Shown: one piece after another, positions 47,758-58,113 of the stretch
Layout of the letters: each line of letters opens with the position of its first letter
How positions within the stretch are numbered: the first letter of the stretch is position 1
From: Candidatus Bathyarchaeia archaeon
GTDB taxonomy: Archaea > Thermoproteota > Bathyarchaeia > Bathyarchaeales > Bathycorpusculaceae
DNA: 64,000 bases
Direction: 5' to 3'
Assembly: GCA_038883775.1 (NCBI GenBank)
Contig: JAVZLM010000001.1
Location: 161,241-225,240 of the forward strand
Notes under the pieces: generated by a model
The model's database searches: none
Seen by the model: only the letters and a program-made list of their open reading frames with translations
What the model was told of the DNA's origin: nothing
Program-made: the position numbers and the translations under genes

Positions 47758-48903
47758 TTAATGCGTGGGAATGAGGTGGCGAAGCCTCTGCAATGAGTGT
47801 ATCCGCTCTTTATTGCCTATTTTTGCTTGTTCTATGGCTTGCTGAAGCATGCGAATTGATTCGTCCATGGCTTTTCTATCTACTGGATGGGGAACGCCAT
47901 CTTTTCCGCCGTAGGCGAAGGAATATCTCACGGGGTCTTTCCAACACGCCTTTTCGCCATAAATTAGCTCTGCTATTAAGGCTAAGCCTCTCACTGTGGC
48001 TGGTCCCACGCCTTTAAACCCTAAAAGTTCCTCGTAATTGCGTGGTTGAAACTCATAAACTTCTTGAAGGGCTTTCCAGTTTATGTTTGTTGGCATGGAT
48101 AAAACGTCTATTGGATATTCTTTCCATGCGGTTTCTGCGGTTTTCGGGAGCCACTCTTGAAGGGATTTTTGGTGGGCTGGTCTGACCGACATTATTAAGC
48201 GCATAATTTTGTTGGGCTTTTCTTTAGCTATATCTACAGAGGCTTTTCTGCACCCTTCACTTTCTTTCGCTGTCATGTCCAAGGCTATATCACGCTTTAC
48301 GTCGCCTACTATGGCATTGTGCGGTTCCACCACGAAGTTTTGGATTTTTTCCGAAAGCCAATGATAGCGTCTGGCAGTGCGGTCTTGGGGACACATGCCT
48401 TGTTGGATGACTGCCCACTCGCCGTTTTCGGTTAAAAAGAAGGTGTGATGATATAATTGGTAGCCCGCTTGGATGGCTGTATTGTCAACTTTTGCGCTCA
48501 TTTTACTTGCGTAGCGTAAATTTTCAATCTTGCTTGTGGAAAACCCAAATTTTTCGCCTACGCGCTCAATTTCTAAAGGCGCTTGTCTTGATATTCTTCC
48601 TTTTCCACCGCAGACGGCAAGTCCATGCTCTTCTGGTATGATGGCTTGTTTTAAAACTCCGGTTACGACGGTTGTTACGCCTGAAGAGTGCCAGTCATAG
48701 CCCAAAACACAGCCTAAAGCCTGAAACCAAAACGGGTCTGATAGGCGTTTTAAGAATTCGCCAGTGCCATACTCGTCAACTATTATTGTGACGATTTCTT
48801 TAGCTAGTTTTCGCATGCGGACAACTAACCATTTTGGAGCTTTGCCATAATGAAGCGGAAGCTTGGCGACACCTGTTCTTTGCATAAGCTCTGTCAAACC
48901 CAA
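47758..48903 (-). CDS. DUF763 family protein
   Basis: [54 protein letters not shown]. Confidence 0.88.
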   Translation of the reverse strand: MGLTELMQRTGVAKLPLHYGKAPKWLVVRMRKLAKEIVTIIVDEYGTGEFLKRLSDPFWFQALGCVLGYDWHSSGVTTVVTGVLKQAIIPEEHGLAVCGGKGRISRQAPLEIERVGEKFGFSTSKIENLRYASKMSAKVDNTAIQAGYQLYHHTFFLTENGEWAVIQQGMCPQDRTARRYHWLSEKIQNFVVEPHNAIVGDVKRDIALDMTAKESEGCRKASVDIAKEKPNKIMRLIMSVRPAHQKSLQEWLPKTAETAWKEYPIDVLSMPTNINWKALQEVYEFQPRNYEELLGFKGVGPATVRGLALIAELIYGEKACWKDPVRYSFAYGGKDGVPHPVDRKAMDESIRMLQQAIEQAKIGNKERIHSLQRLRHLIPTH

Positions 48904-49079
48904 CAGTATGTTATGCTTTAAGCCTTATTTTTACCTTGCCAAAAGCTAATTTTGTGATAGTTCCTTTATTGTTTTTGGCGATGTTTGGAAAATGGAGTTG
49001 TTTTCAGCCTTATTTTCTCTACCCTCTCCCCCTCTAGAGTTTTCGCTCTTCTTTGAACCTAAAAGTTTCGGTCTATTAA

Positions 49080-49565
49080 TTATGTCAATTGTTTTATTAG
49101 GCGTCCTTCTCTGTCTATTTCGCCCCTTCGAATTCTTGTCGTGGAAATTGGCGCATGATTCTCTGAGGGAACCATGTCAATAACAACAATTTCCAATGGT
49201 TTCAAACCTCTTCTTGCCCGTTCGACGTTTATTCTATGCGCCATGGGTTCTGTTTCTCGGCTGACAACCAAAGCCTCAACACAACCCTCAGATAGTGTAA
49301 CGCCAAAAGGGTCGTTTAATGGTATAATTTCAGCCCTTTCCAAAAACCCATTTTCACGTAAAAACTCTTTCAATTCTTTAAGCCTTTCATTGTAGGGCGC
49401 CGTCACATGCGGTTTCGTTAAGCTTTCAACAAGCCTATCTGAACATAAGCCCACTAAAACGTGTTCGCCAACCTCAAAAGCCTTCATTAATAGGGCTCTG
49501 TGTCCTTTATGAAGCTCGTCGAAGGTGCCGCCAACAGCCACAGTTTTAAACCTTTTTCTCTCCAT
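49080..49565 (-). CDS. coaD: Archaeal phosphopantetheine adenylyltransferase
   Basis: VGGTFDELHKGH, LVVSRET, ISTTRIRRGEID. Confidence 0.92.
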   Translation of the reverse strand: MERKRFKTVAVGGTFDELHKGHRALLMKAFEVGEHVLVGLCSDRLVESLTKPHVTAPYNERLKELKEFLRENGFLERAEIIPLNDPFGVTLSEGCVEALVVSRETEPMAHRINVERARRGLKPLEIVVIDMVPSENHAPISTTRIRRGEIDREGRLIKQLT

Positions 49566-49574
49566 TGCTTTTCA

Positions 49575-50504
49575 TCACTCTATTAGTCTAGCGCCTTGAG
49601 TGTCAACTGGAGCTACGAGAACATTGTTTGGTGGTAAAATCTGCTTAAAAGCTTGAGCCACTTTTTCCGCATTTTCCAACGTTGTTAAGGCGTGAACTGC
49701 CTCGCCAACCATGTTTTGCGCTGCGCCTATGACATCTGCTTTTTCAGCAAGCTTAACTAAAGTGCGAACCCTTTCAGTCGCAAAACCAGTTTTTTGGGCA
49801 AAATCCCAACAACAAGCCAAAAAATTTTCAAGAGAAGGCTCAGCAAGAATTTTTTCTAAGGTTTTCCTTCCCCACTTGTTAACGGCTGAACGCTTTTCTT
49901 GAGAAGATAAAACTGTCTTGGTTGGGATTGGCCCAAAAACTCCAGCAACTATTGCGTAGTCTGTTGTTATTGGTATACGGTCTATTATGGCATTTCCAGG
50001 AGCGCCAGGCTCCAATGTTATTATGCATCCACCAAGCATTAATGGACCAACAGTGCCTAAACCAGTTTTGCATTTAACCTCTGCGACATGCGCAATTTTG
50101 CCAAGCTGATTATAAGTTAAGTTTAAGCCTAAAGCCTTTGAAAGCGCCAAAGCAGCAGTTAAGGCTCCCGCAGCGCTTGAACCGAAACCAGCACCGATTG
50201 GCACGTCTACTTCATGTTTAATTGTCACTTTGTATGATGTGTTTGCTTTGTTTAGCAGCATTTCTGCTACGGTTTTGGTGGTTTCAGCTTCTGGCGCAAA
50301 CTTTCCATTTATAAAAACGTTAACACTATTCACATTATTTTCTTCTACATAGGCTTCTGTTGTTACTCCCTTTTGAATTCCGAAGCCTCCGCCTCTCGCT
50401 CCAACTCTCTCCAAGTCTAAAATTGGACTGCCATCTGGCAATGAGTCGCATATTTCAAAGAAGCTTGAAATTCCAGCTGGACTGAAAGCCTTTGCACTTT
50501 TCAC
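49575..50504 (-). CDS. Pantoate kinase (GHMP family)
   Basis: AFSPAGISSFF, VPIGAGFGSSAAG, AHVAEV..TGLG, AQNMVG; adjacent to coaD. Confidence 0.85.
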   Translation of the reverse strand: MKSAKAFSPAGISSFFEICDSLPDGSPILDLERVGARGGGFGIQKGVTTEAYVEENNVNSVNVFINGKFAPEAETTKTVAEMLLNKANTSYKVTIKHEVDVPIGAGFGSSAAGALTAALALSKALGLNLTYNQLGKIAHVAEVKCKTGLGTVGPLMLGGCIITLEPGAPGNAIIDRIPITTDYAIVAGVFGPIPTKTVLSSQEKRSAVNKWGRKTLEKILAEPSLENFLACCWDFAQKTGFATERVRTLVKLAEKADVIGAAQNMVGEAVHALTTLENAEKVAQAFKQILPPNNVLVAPVDTQGARLIE

Positions 50505-50506
50505 TA

Positions 50507-51286
50507 TTATCTACTCTTTTCTTTTGGGCTTAAAGATGGAAAAGCACGATAACAAATCTTAATTATTGGAGGACCAAGCAGCGTTAGGAATGGAATCTCT
50601 GTTGAAAAGGTCCATATAAGCCATATTAAAGCCGTGTAAAATGGTAGCTGGAAACCGCCTCCCACAGCCGCTGGAAGCATAAAAATTTGGCTGTAAGCCC
50701 AAACGACCAAACCTATTATTGTGCTACCTACCACCAAGCCTACTATTGAACCGATCTCATAATTTCGCCATTCCGGATATAAATATCCAATTCCTATGGA
50801 GATTATGAAAGCTGCCACCATTATCGCCGTGAAAAGGTTAATGGCATTAACATATTCTTGAGGTAGAGCAACATAAGAGATTGTTGCAAGGGAGCCAAAA
50901 GAAATCACTAGACATCCAGTGCCTGATATAGCAATTAATTTCGTCCAATCTATGTTCTTTCTGCTAATATAGCCTATCAAGTAAAAGCCTATAAAGTTGG
51001 ATGTGATCCCAGCGCACAAGCTTAGAAGGGGGTCTCCATGAATTAATAAATCGCTAATAAAAATTCCTATAGCTGCTCCAAGTCCCCCAACAAGGGGACC
51101 GAACAGTACAGCGAAGAGTGCTGGAACAACAACGTTTGGCCAAAACCTAACAATTCCTATGCCAGGAGTTGTTATTGGCAAGAAGAGGTAGATTATGTAT
51201 CCTGTTGCAGCGTATAGTGCGCCGCAGATGGCGCTTTCAGCTATTTCTAAAGACCTCATTTTTGTCGCCATGGTTTGGCTAAGCAT
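50507..51286 (-). CDS. ECF transporter S component
   Basis: SAICGALYA, VRFWP, LFGPLVGGLGAAIGIFISDL; multiple TMs. Confidence 0.75.
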   Translation of the reverse strand: MLSQTMATKMRSLEIAESAICGALYAATGYIIYLFLPITTPGIGIVRFWPNVVVPALFAVLFGPLVGGLGAAIGIFISDLLIHGDPLLSLCAGITSNFIGFYLIGYISRKNIDWTKLIAISGTGCLVISFGSLATISYVALPQEYVNAINLFTAIMVAAFIISIGIGYLYPEWRNYEIGSIVGLVVGSTIIGLVVWAYSQIFMLPAAVGGGFQLPFYTALIWLIWTFSTEIPFLTLLGPPIIKICYRAFPSLSPKEKSR

Positions 51287-51366
51287 GTTTTAAAATAAAG
51301 ATTTCGTATAATTTGTTTAAACATGTTCAAACTTGTTTTTTGGCTAATTGTTTTACAAGTCTACAG

Positions 51367-51392
51367 TTATGTGTAGCTTTGTTCTACGCACA
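51367..51392 (+). promoter_or_regulatory. Palindromic putative operator upstream of the major pilin gene, copy 1
   Basis: TTATGTGTAGCTTTGTTCTACGCACA; TGTGTAG-N7-CTACGCA dyad; about 10 nt before TTTAAA at 51403. Confidence 0.7.
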
Positions 51393-51441
51393 AACCATCA
51401 TATTTAAACCCAAACTGATTTTGCTGCACGGAGAGAAAAAA

Positions 51442-52008
51442 ATGAACTTGTTAAAGAATAAGAAAGCATTAAGCACAGTGGTGACAACGCTAATCATCCT
51501 AGTGGTTTCAGTGCTTCTTGCAACTGTCGTGACCTTCTATGCCATAAACGTGACAACCACACGCGTACAAGAAGAATCACTGTTCCTAACAAAACAACAC
51601 GTTTGGTACAACACTACGGGCAATTGGGCTGAAGCAGCCATAGTAATAATTAACACGGGTGGAAAAGACGTAGTCATAGACAAAATAACAATCAGGGGGC
51701 AGGAATGTCCATGGACAAACGTTTACTACTGGAAGACGCGCAGCGAAACCATTTCAGCTGATTTAAACGTTACAGCAGTAGAGCTTGATGGTGCATATTT
51801 TGACATGAGTTCAACATTTAAATATGGTGATGGCAATTTTACTCGAGCTTCTAACGATTTAACTTTGATGTCTGGCTATACGATGGTAGTTTACATCAAA
51901 GATCCTGATAGTATCTCTTTAAATGACGTGGGCGTAACAGTTGGCATTACAGTGTTTACTTCAAACGCTCAGTACTACAAGGAAACCAACGTCCAAGCTG
52001 CTCAATAG
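51442..52008 (+). CDS. Type IV pilin/archaellin-like major subunit
   Basis: Class III signal peptide MNLLKNKKA/LSTVVTTLIILVVSVLLA; ATG 51442 after GGAG. Confidence 0.85.
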   Translation: MNLLKNKKALSTVVTTLIILVVSVLLATVVTFYAINVTTTRVQEESLFLTKQHVWYNTTGNWAEAAIVIINTGGKDVVIDKITIRGQECPWTNVYYWKTRSETISADLNVTAVELDGAYFDMSSTFKYGDGNFTRASNDLTLMSGYTMVVYIKDPDSISLNDVGVTVGITVFTSNAQYYKETNVQAAQ

Positions 52009-52020
52009 CAGCGTAAACCC

Positions 52021-52062
52021 TCCCTTTTTCTCCTTTCCCCTCTTTTGTTTATCTTTCTATTC
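52021..52062 (+). terminator. Pyrimidine-rich terminator after the major pilin
   Basis: tccctttttctcctttcccctcttttgtttatctttct directly after the stop. Confidence 0.5.
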
Positions 52063-52095
52063 TGCATCAATTTTTATTGTATTGATTTTAGATAC

Positions 52096-52121
52096 TTATG
52101 TGTAGTTTTGTTCTACGCACA
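52096..52121 (+). promoter_or_regulatory. Palindromic putative operator upstream of the pilus assembly operon, copy 2
   Basis: TTATGTGTAGTTTTGTTCTACGCACA, 25/26 identical to 51367-51392. Confidence 0.7.
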
Positions 52122-52156
52122 CCTTCTTATCTTACTATAAAATTGAAAGCTTTTGT

Positions 52157-53026
52157 TTGAAATGCAAGAGAGGAGATTGCGCACCATTGAGCTCTAGAAG
52201 TTTCAGTAAAAGGTTAACAGAATTCTTACGATCAAAAAAGGCATTAGCCATTCCAGTAACATACCTAATCCTCTTCGCCTCACTTATGGCAATAATCTCC
52301 ATAACCTACAGCCTAGCCGTAGCAAAAATCAGCGCCAGAGGCGCCTATTTCAAGGCTTCAGTGGCTAAACAGAACATGCAAGCTTTAGACCATGCAGTTT
52401 GCTCTGTGGCTTGGAGTTTCGGCGCTTCGCAGGTTGTTTACATGGATGATTGTGGAGGCACTTTTAAAATAGAGCCGACAGCCAAAACCCTCATAATCAA
52501 CCTCACGGACGAACAAACCTTTTCTGAAATAGTGTTTAACAGTTCTGTTGGAAAGGTTTTTTATGCGCTTGAGCCTGCTGAAATCTATTATGATGGCGTC
52601 TTTCTCAGAGGCGATAACAGACCAATAATAAACCAAAGCTCTTTCACCATGTCTCAGCTTTATGTGGCTTCAGGCGAAGAGGCAAAAACTTTGGTTCTTT
52701 GTTATCGTCCCTTGGCAACTGTGGCAGTTATCGGCTCAGTTGATGGAAACCCCTTGAACCTCATTCGCATAAGCATTCTAAACCTCAATTCATCGCAGAC
52801 TTTGACGCTGATGGGGAAATTTTACTTGAGAGTTGCTTCTTTAAGCGTTGCAACAATTACAAGCCAACACACGTTTAGTTATCCGATTTCCTCTCTTGCA
52901 TTAAAAGTAACATTTGACGGAACTTCTGGCACAGTTTGGCTTCCAATATCAAGCAGCTCCGAAGGCGCCCTTGTGAATCTCGAAGTAACAATTTGCAACT
53001 TGAAAATTAGCAGAGCAGAGGTGTAA
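52157..53026 (+). CDS. Minor pilin-like protein
   Basis: RSKKA/LAIPVTYLILF class III-like leader; start possibly TTG 52187. Confidence 0.7.
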   Translation: MKCKRGDCAPLSSRSFSKRLTEFLRSKKALAIPVTYLILFASLMAIISITYSLAVAKISARGAYFKASVAKQNMQALDHAVCSVAWSFGASQVVYMDDCGGTFKIEPTAKTLIINLTDEQTFSEIVFNSSVGKVFYALEPAEIYYDGVFLRGDNRPIINQSSFTMSQLYVASGEEAKTLVLCYRPLATVAVIGSVDGNPLNLIRISILNLNSSQTLTLMGKFYLRVASLSVATITSQHTFSYPISSLALKVTFDGTSGTVWLPISSSSEGALVNLEVTICNLKISRAEV

Positions 53027-53028
53027 AT

Positions 53029-53487
53029 TTGCCATCCATAACGCCAAGCTACCTCTACACTTTCATTGCTTTAATAGCCGTTAGCAGCCTCCTTCTATTC
53101 TCCTTTATGACTTACGCCAACGCTCTGCGCTTTTCTTCAGAGGTGAGACAACTAAAGAACCTAATGGATTACGTGGCTGCGGAAACCACAGAATTAATAA
53201 CGTTCACTTTAAAAACAAATGCCACAGCCCAAAGTTTTCTTCAAATGCCAACAACCATAGGCGATAAACAATATTGGCTCCAACTCCGAAACGACTCAAT
53301 AAAAGCATGGTTAGAGGCTGGATTTGGAAGCTCACTAACACAAGGCACGGAACTACGAGTCTATTTTCCTAAAAAGGTTTTGGCTATGGGCTATTATGTT
53401 GGAGGTTATGGAGCTGCAAAATTGGAATGCTACCCAGATGGTGGAGTTTTGCGGATCCAGCTTTCAAGCGTCACTGAGGGTGAATGA
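53029..53487 (+). CDS. Pilin-like/pilus accessory protein
   Basis: N-terminal hydrophobic helix followed by amphipathic helix; position in operon. Confidence 0.6.
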   Translation: MPSITPSYLYTFIALIAVSSLLLFSFMTYANALRFSSEVRQLKNLMDYVAAETTELITFTLKTNATAQSFLQMPTTIGDKQYWLQLRNDSIKAWLEAGFGSSLTQGTELRVYFPKKVLAMGYYVGGYGAAKLECYPDGGVLRIQLSSVTEGE

Positions 53488-55094
53488 AAGTGAAGTTTGA
53501 ATTCAAATTGCGCAAGGATAAGACGCAAAAAAGCGAAGAAGTCCAAGAAGGACTGAAAGGCGAAGGAGAACTTGTCGAGTTTCTGGACGTTAAAAAATGG
53601 AGCGTTCCAGAAGGTTATGTTGAGGTTGAATATTACCCGCTTAAACCGCCTTTTTCCTACGCAGCCATAGTTCAAAATGAGGAAACACTGGAATATCTTT
53701 ACGTTTTAGACGAACTCCCATTGAATAAGGATGAAAGAGAAGGCTACTATAGATTAAGAAATATCCTCGAATACGAACTCCAAGCCCCAGAGGGCGAGGA
53801 AACTCTAACAGAATCTTTTAGAAGGCAGATGCCAATAATCCTTGCAAACCACCAAAAACTTTTCAAAGGTATCTCGCCAGTTGGAATGCGCAAAATCCTA
53901 TATTACTTGGAAAGGGACATCGTCGGTTATGGAAAAATAGACCCATTAATGTATGATGATTATGTTGAGGATATTGGATGCAGCGGAATCAACAAGCCAA
54001 TATTTCTTTGGCATAGAAAATATGAAAACATAAAGACAAACATAATTTTCAGAGACGAACAAGAACTAGACGACTTCGTAATGCGCGTAGTCCACAAAGC
54101 TGGAAAACACGTTAGCATAGCCTTCCCAATAGTTGACGTCACTCTTCCAGAAAAGCATCGGTTGGCTGTATCCTTTGGAAAAGAAACAACTCCCTATGGA
54201 ACATCCTTCACCGTTAGAAAGTTCCGCAAAGACCCCTTTACAATAATAGACTTGATTGAAAATGAAACAATAGACGAAAGCATAGCTGCATACTTGTGGC
54301 TTTTAATGGAGAATAAAATGTCGCTCATGATTATTGGAGCTACGGGCGCTGGAAAAACAACAGCCCTAAACGCAATCGCCTGCCTAATCCAACCAAACTA
54401 CAAGGTAATTTCGGTTGAAGAAGTTGCTGAAATAAACTTGCCCCATGAAAATTGGACATCAACAATCGCCCGTTCAGGCTTCGGAGTTGAAAGCGAAGGT
54501 GAAATCACGCTTTACGACCTAATCAAATCAGCTGTAAGACATCGTCCAGACCTAATAATTGTAGGCGAAGTAAGAGGCGAAGAAGCCTACGTATTATTCC
54601 AAGCTTTAGCCACAGGACATGGAGGCTTATGCACTTTACACGCTGAGGATGTGGACACAGCCATTAAAAGGCTTACTCAACCGCCAATGAATATTCCGCC
54701 ATCAATAATTCCGCTTATGAATTGCGTAATAAATGTGAAACATGTTAGAACGCCTGTTTTTCTTGAGTCTGGAAAGCGGCTTTCAAGTAGAAAGTTCATA
54801 AGCATTTCAGAGATAAAAGATGCGAATACCTTCCAAGAAGTTTTCAGCTGGAATCCTTCAACGGATACTTTTCAAGAAAAACTTTCTGAAAGCTATCTTC
54901 TAAAGAAGATGGCTGCAAGCCTCGACATTTCAATAGATAGACTCTTGGATGAGCTTGAATACCGCAAAAGAGTGCTTGTCCACATGGTGGAGCATGGCAT
55001 TCGCGATTATAGAAGCGTAAACAAGGTCCTAAGCAAATACTACAACAATCCACAACTCTTCCAGAAAGAATTTTTAGAAAAGCCTGAGCGGTGA
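53484..55094 (+). CDS. Type II/IV secretion (pilus assembly) ATPase
   Basis: GYGKIDPLM.D..VEDI, GATGAGKTT, RHRPDLIIVGEVRGEEA, ATGHGG..TLHAE. Confidence 0.93.
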   Translation: MKVKFEFKLRKDKTQKSEEVQEGLKGEGELVEFLDVKKWSVPEGYVEVEYYPLKPPFSYAAIVQNEETLEYLYVLDELPLNKDEREGYYRLRNILEYELQAPEGEETLTESFRRQMPIILANHQKLFKGISPVGMRKILYYLERDIVGYGKIDPLMYDDYVEDIGCSGINKPIFLWHRKYENIKTNIIFRDEQELDDFVMRVVHKAGKHVSIAFPIVDVTLPEKHRLAVSFGKETTPYGTSFTVRKFRKDPFTIIDLIENETIDESIAAYLWLLMENKMSLMIIGATGAGKTTALNAIACLIQPNYKVISVEEVAEINLPHENWTSTIARSGFGVESEGEITLYDLIKSAVRHRPDLIIVGEVRGEEAYVLFQALATGHGGLCTLHAEDVDTAIKRLTQPPMNIPPSIIPLMNCVINVKHVRTPVFLESGKRLSSRKFISISEIKDANTFQEVFSWNPSTDTFQEKLSESYLLKKMAASLDISIDRLLDELEYRKRVLVHMVEHGIRDYRSVNKVLSKYYNNPQLFQKEFLEKPER

Positions 55095-56602
55095 GAAAAT
55101 TGCAAATACCAATAAAAGTGCCTAAAATTTTTGGGTGGATGCTAAACCTTTACAGGAAGGAAGAAACCAGCGGAATCGACCGTGAATTGCCCTTCGCTGC
55201 TCTCCTCTTCACATTGTTGGCTGCAAGCGGCGTAACCATTTATGAAAGTTGGAAAAAGCTGTGCAGCATAGACTTGCTTCCAATTTTTCAGAAAGAGGCA
55301 AAAGAAATTGTTAGGCAAGTGGAGGTTTTGGGTTATGACCCTCTAACTGTAATGTATAAAAGGGCTACAAAAACCAAGTCAAAGAATTACAGAGAATTCC
55401 TTCTCGGATATGTTTCCTCTGTCAGAAGTGGAGGAAGCATTGTAAGCTATCTAAAGAGTAAGTTGCGTTCCATTTTCGAGGTTCAAAGCGCAGCGGCAAT
55501 CCGCTCAATAGAGAGGCTTGGCACCTTAGTGGAAGCCTACGCAGTAATGCTAATTGTAACGCTATGCTCCTACATTCTATTCATAATTTTTGCAACCACA
55601 TCAATCTTTGAACCAATGAAAATAAGCGGAACACCGGGCATTTCTACGGCAACAGTGTGCATCCTCATATTCTTTGTAACCCCCATGATTTCCATGTTTT
55701 TCATGATTATCGCCCATGCAGAAAGGCAAAGCAACTTGATAGGTCTCATCAAACCTTACAAGGCTACAATATTGCCTTTAATAGCTGCCTCAAGCTTTAT
55801 AGCAGCATTGTATTTTCTTCCACAACTCCAATATCTTACAACACCGTCTATGTTTCCACTGGTTGTTACCATTTGCCTCATAGGTGTTTCAGTTCCGCCA
55901 GCCATTGTTTACATGAAAATATCCAAAATAAACAATGATGCAGAAAACTTCATGCCAAGCTTCCTAAGAGACGTCACAGAAGCCCGAAAAATTGGGCTTT
56001 CGCCAGAGAAAAGCATAATTCACGCCACAAAGCGTAGTGGTTATGGAAAATTTTCAGAAACCCTAAACCTCATCAGAAGCCAAATGGAGTGGGGCGTCTC
56101 CCTAAGAAAAATTTTCGTTTATATTAAACAGAAAATTCAAACGTGGCCTGTGCTTGTCAACTTCCTAATCCTTGTGGAAACAATAAAAATTGGTGGGGGT
56201 TCAGCGGCTGCTCTTGAAATTTTGACTGATTATGGCGAAAAACATAAGGATGTGGAAGCCAACAAAAAGTCGCTTTTGAAACCCTATGTCATTTTGGCTT
56301 TTGTTTGGAGCGTTCTCATAGCACTAACAACAACTATGGTTGCCATGACAGTTTACGCCTTAACACAAATATCCCTTCCGGGAGCTGCAGCCATGCCTTT
56401 AGAGGTTATGCAAAATCAGATAAACCTCTTTTCCACGGGCATAATACTGCAGTGTTGGCTTTCAGGCTTTTTTGTGGGCAAGGTGAACGAGGGCACTTTT
56501 GCTGCGGGCTTCAAATATTCAGCCATGCTTGTGCTTACAGCTTATGTTTCGCTTGTTCTTTCCCAGAACTTTTTGGGTGGAATGTATGGCATGGTTACAT
56601 AA
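55091..56602 (+). CDS. TadC/ArlJ-like pilus membrane platform protein
   Basis: Two T2SS-F repeats (DRELPFA..ASG; PSFLRDV..GLS) with TMs. Confidence 0.88.
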   Translation: MRKLQIPIKVPKIFGWMLNLYRKEETSGIDRELPFAALLFTLLAASGVTIYESWKKLCSIDLLPIFQKEAKEIVRQVEVLGYDPLTVMYKRATKTKSKNYREFLLGYVSSVRSGGSIVSYLKSKLRSIFEVQSAAAIRSIERLGTLVEAYAVMLIVTLCSYILFIIFATTSIFEPMKISGTPGISTATVCILIFFVTPMISMFFMIIAHAERQSNLIGLIKPYKATILPLIAASSFIAALYFLPQLQYLTTPSMFPLVVTICLIGVSVPPAIVYMKISKINNDAENFMPSFLRDVTEARKIGLSPEKSIIHATKRSGYGKFSETLNLIRSQMEWGVSLRKIFVYIKQKIQTWPVLVNFLILVETIKIGGGSAAALEILTDYGEKHKDVEANKKSLLKPYVILAFVWSVLIALTTTMVAMTVYALTQISLPGAAAMPLEVMQNQINLFSTGIILQCWLSGFFVGKVNEGTFAAGFKYSAMLVLTAYVSLVLSQNFLGGMYGMVT

Positions 56603-56614
56603 ACCGCCTAGAAG

Positions 56615-57688
56615 GTGGACGCTGAAATGCCTACAATATCTGTTGACACTTTCTTTGCATGTTCTTTAATGGTTCTTTTGGTTCTTTCTGCCATGGCAGC
56701 CTCCACGATGCTTTTATCCCCCTACATAAATAGTGTCAGCAACGAAAACATGGCAAAAAGGTATGGGGAAATTGCGAAATATTTGCTTCTAAATGTTGGA
56801 GAACCACGAGATTGGGGAAAAATCAGTCAGACAATTCCAGAAACATTCGGCTTAGCCAAAGCTGATTCCGCTGTTCCTTACGAGCTGGATATAGACAAAG
56901 TTTCAAGGCTGAATGGCGAAAATCTCTACGCATTAAGTTATGCTAACATATTTTCAATCCTTAAAATGACTGATGTGTCTTTTAGAATCGAGTTAAAACC
57001 AATTTTCGAAGTTACAATAAACCATGTAGCAACATACCCCTCAATTAACGAGACAACTTATCAATTTGAAATTCTCACAAAAAAGCATGGAGTTCCAGTT
57101 CAAGCAGAATTGAGAGGCTATGTTATTGCAAGAAATTATTTTGAAATAAAAAATGCTCAAATCTCTAATGGCGAAACACATATTAATGTAACACTTTCAA
57201 ACACTGTTGAAGGACCAGTCCTTCTCATAATCTTTGCAAGAAGCGTTCATAACGGTAAAATTGTGTCTTTTGACACTTGCGCTTTTACACACAATTCTAG
57301 CGAACCAGAGCCAAATGGCAATTTTTTGAAGCTTAGTCCATTGAACTACTCTTTAAACGCTTCATACTTCTATCCAGAAATAAAGTTGCTTGATGCTTAC
57401 GCCTTAACTTTCAGTTATTATTCAACTTTAACGCAAACGGCAAACAACAACCGATCCATCGAATATGATATACCAAATTTTGTTGATGCAAGCCCCATAC
57501 TGCTGATTATAACTGGCTTAAATTCCACAAGCTTCTTCATTGAATGGGTTACCTATCCACAAATACCGCTTGAAATTGGCGCAGACTTTGCAGATTCAAT
57601 GGCGCTCTCTAATGTTTTTGCTTATAGATATGTTGTAATAGTGAATTCAGCCCTTTACGAATGCCTAATTTGGCTTGGAGGTTCATAA
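56615..57688 (+). CDS. Pilus accessory/minor pilin-like protein
   Basis: MPTISVDTFFAC N-terminal helix, GEPRDWG..FGLA motif; operon context. Confidence 0.62.
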   Translation: MDAEMPTISVDTFFACSLMVLLVLSAMAASTMLLSPYINSVSNENMAKRYGEIAKYLLLNVGEPRDWGKISQTIPETFGLAKADSAVPYELDIDKVSRLNGENLYALSYANIFSILKMTDVSFRIELKPIFEVTINHVATYPSINETTYQFEILTKKHGVPVQAELRGYVIARNYFEIKNAQISNGETHINVTLSNTVEGPVLLIIFARSVHNGKIVSFDTCAFTHNSSEPEPNGNFLKLSPLNYSLNASYFYPEIKLLDAYALTFSYYSTLTQTANNNRSIEYDIPNFVDASPILLIITGLNSTSFFIEWVTYPQIPLEIGADFADSMALSNVFAYRYVVIVNSALYECLIWLGGS

Positions 57689-57690
57689 AA

Positions 57691-58113
57691 ATGAAAGCAC
57701 ACAATAAAGGACAAATTAGAATTGTTGAAGCCTTCTTGTCTGCGCTAATAATTTTCTCTGCTTTTGCTATTTCAGCCAACCTCACAATAACACAAAATGG
57801 CGTGAAAAATGATGAATTGGTGGCTGTCGGGTTGCAAGCGCTTATGATGTTGGACGCTGACGGGAGCCTTGGCAAATACATTGATGAGGGAAACTGGACT
57901 GGTTTAAGAGAAGCTTTAAGCCTTCTTTTGCCAGCAGGCGTATGCTTTAACCTAACAGTTTATGATGACCAGATGCACCAATTAAACACGGACATGATTT
58001 CTAATGGGGGCTTCGGCAGTCAACAAATAGCCTTTGTCGAATATGTTTGCGCAAGTCAAGGCGCAGTTTTTCGTTGTTACATAATTCATTTGCTTTTGGC
58101 GGTGGCTACATGA
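57691..58113 (+). CDS. Minor pilin-like protein
   Basis: NKG/QIRIVEAFLS class III-like leader; ATG 57691 after GGAGG. Confidence 0.7.
   Translation: MKAHNKGQIRIVEAFLSALIIFSAFAISANLTITQNGVKNDELVAVGLQALMMLDADGSLGKYIDEGNWTGLREALSLLLPAGVCFNLTVYDDQMHQLNTDMISNGGFGSQQIAFVEYVCASQGAVFRCYIIHLLLAVAT

Noticed and set aside
51313-51441. N-terminal extensions in the ORF track (pilin, tuf, dph5, 57661, 58047)
   Set aside because: Downstream starts fit RBS positions and family N-termini; the pilin extension would run over its own operator and TATA.
51367-52121. 26-bp repeat as a CRISPR repeat
   Set aside because: Only two copies about 700 bp apart with a gene between them; no cas genes or array anywhere in the window.
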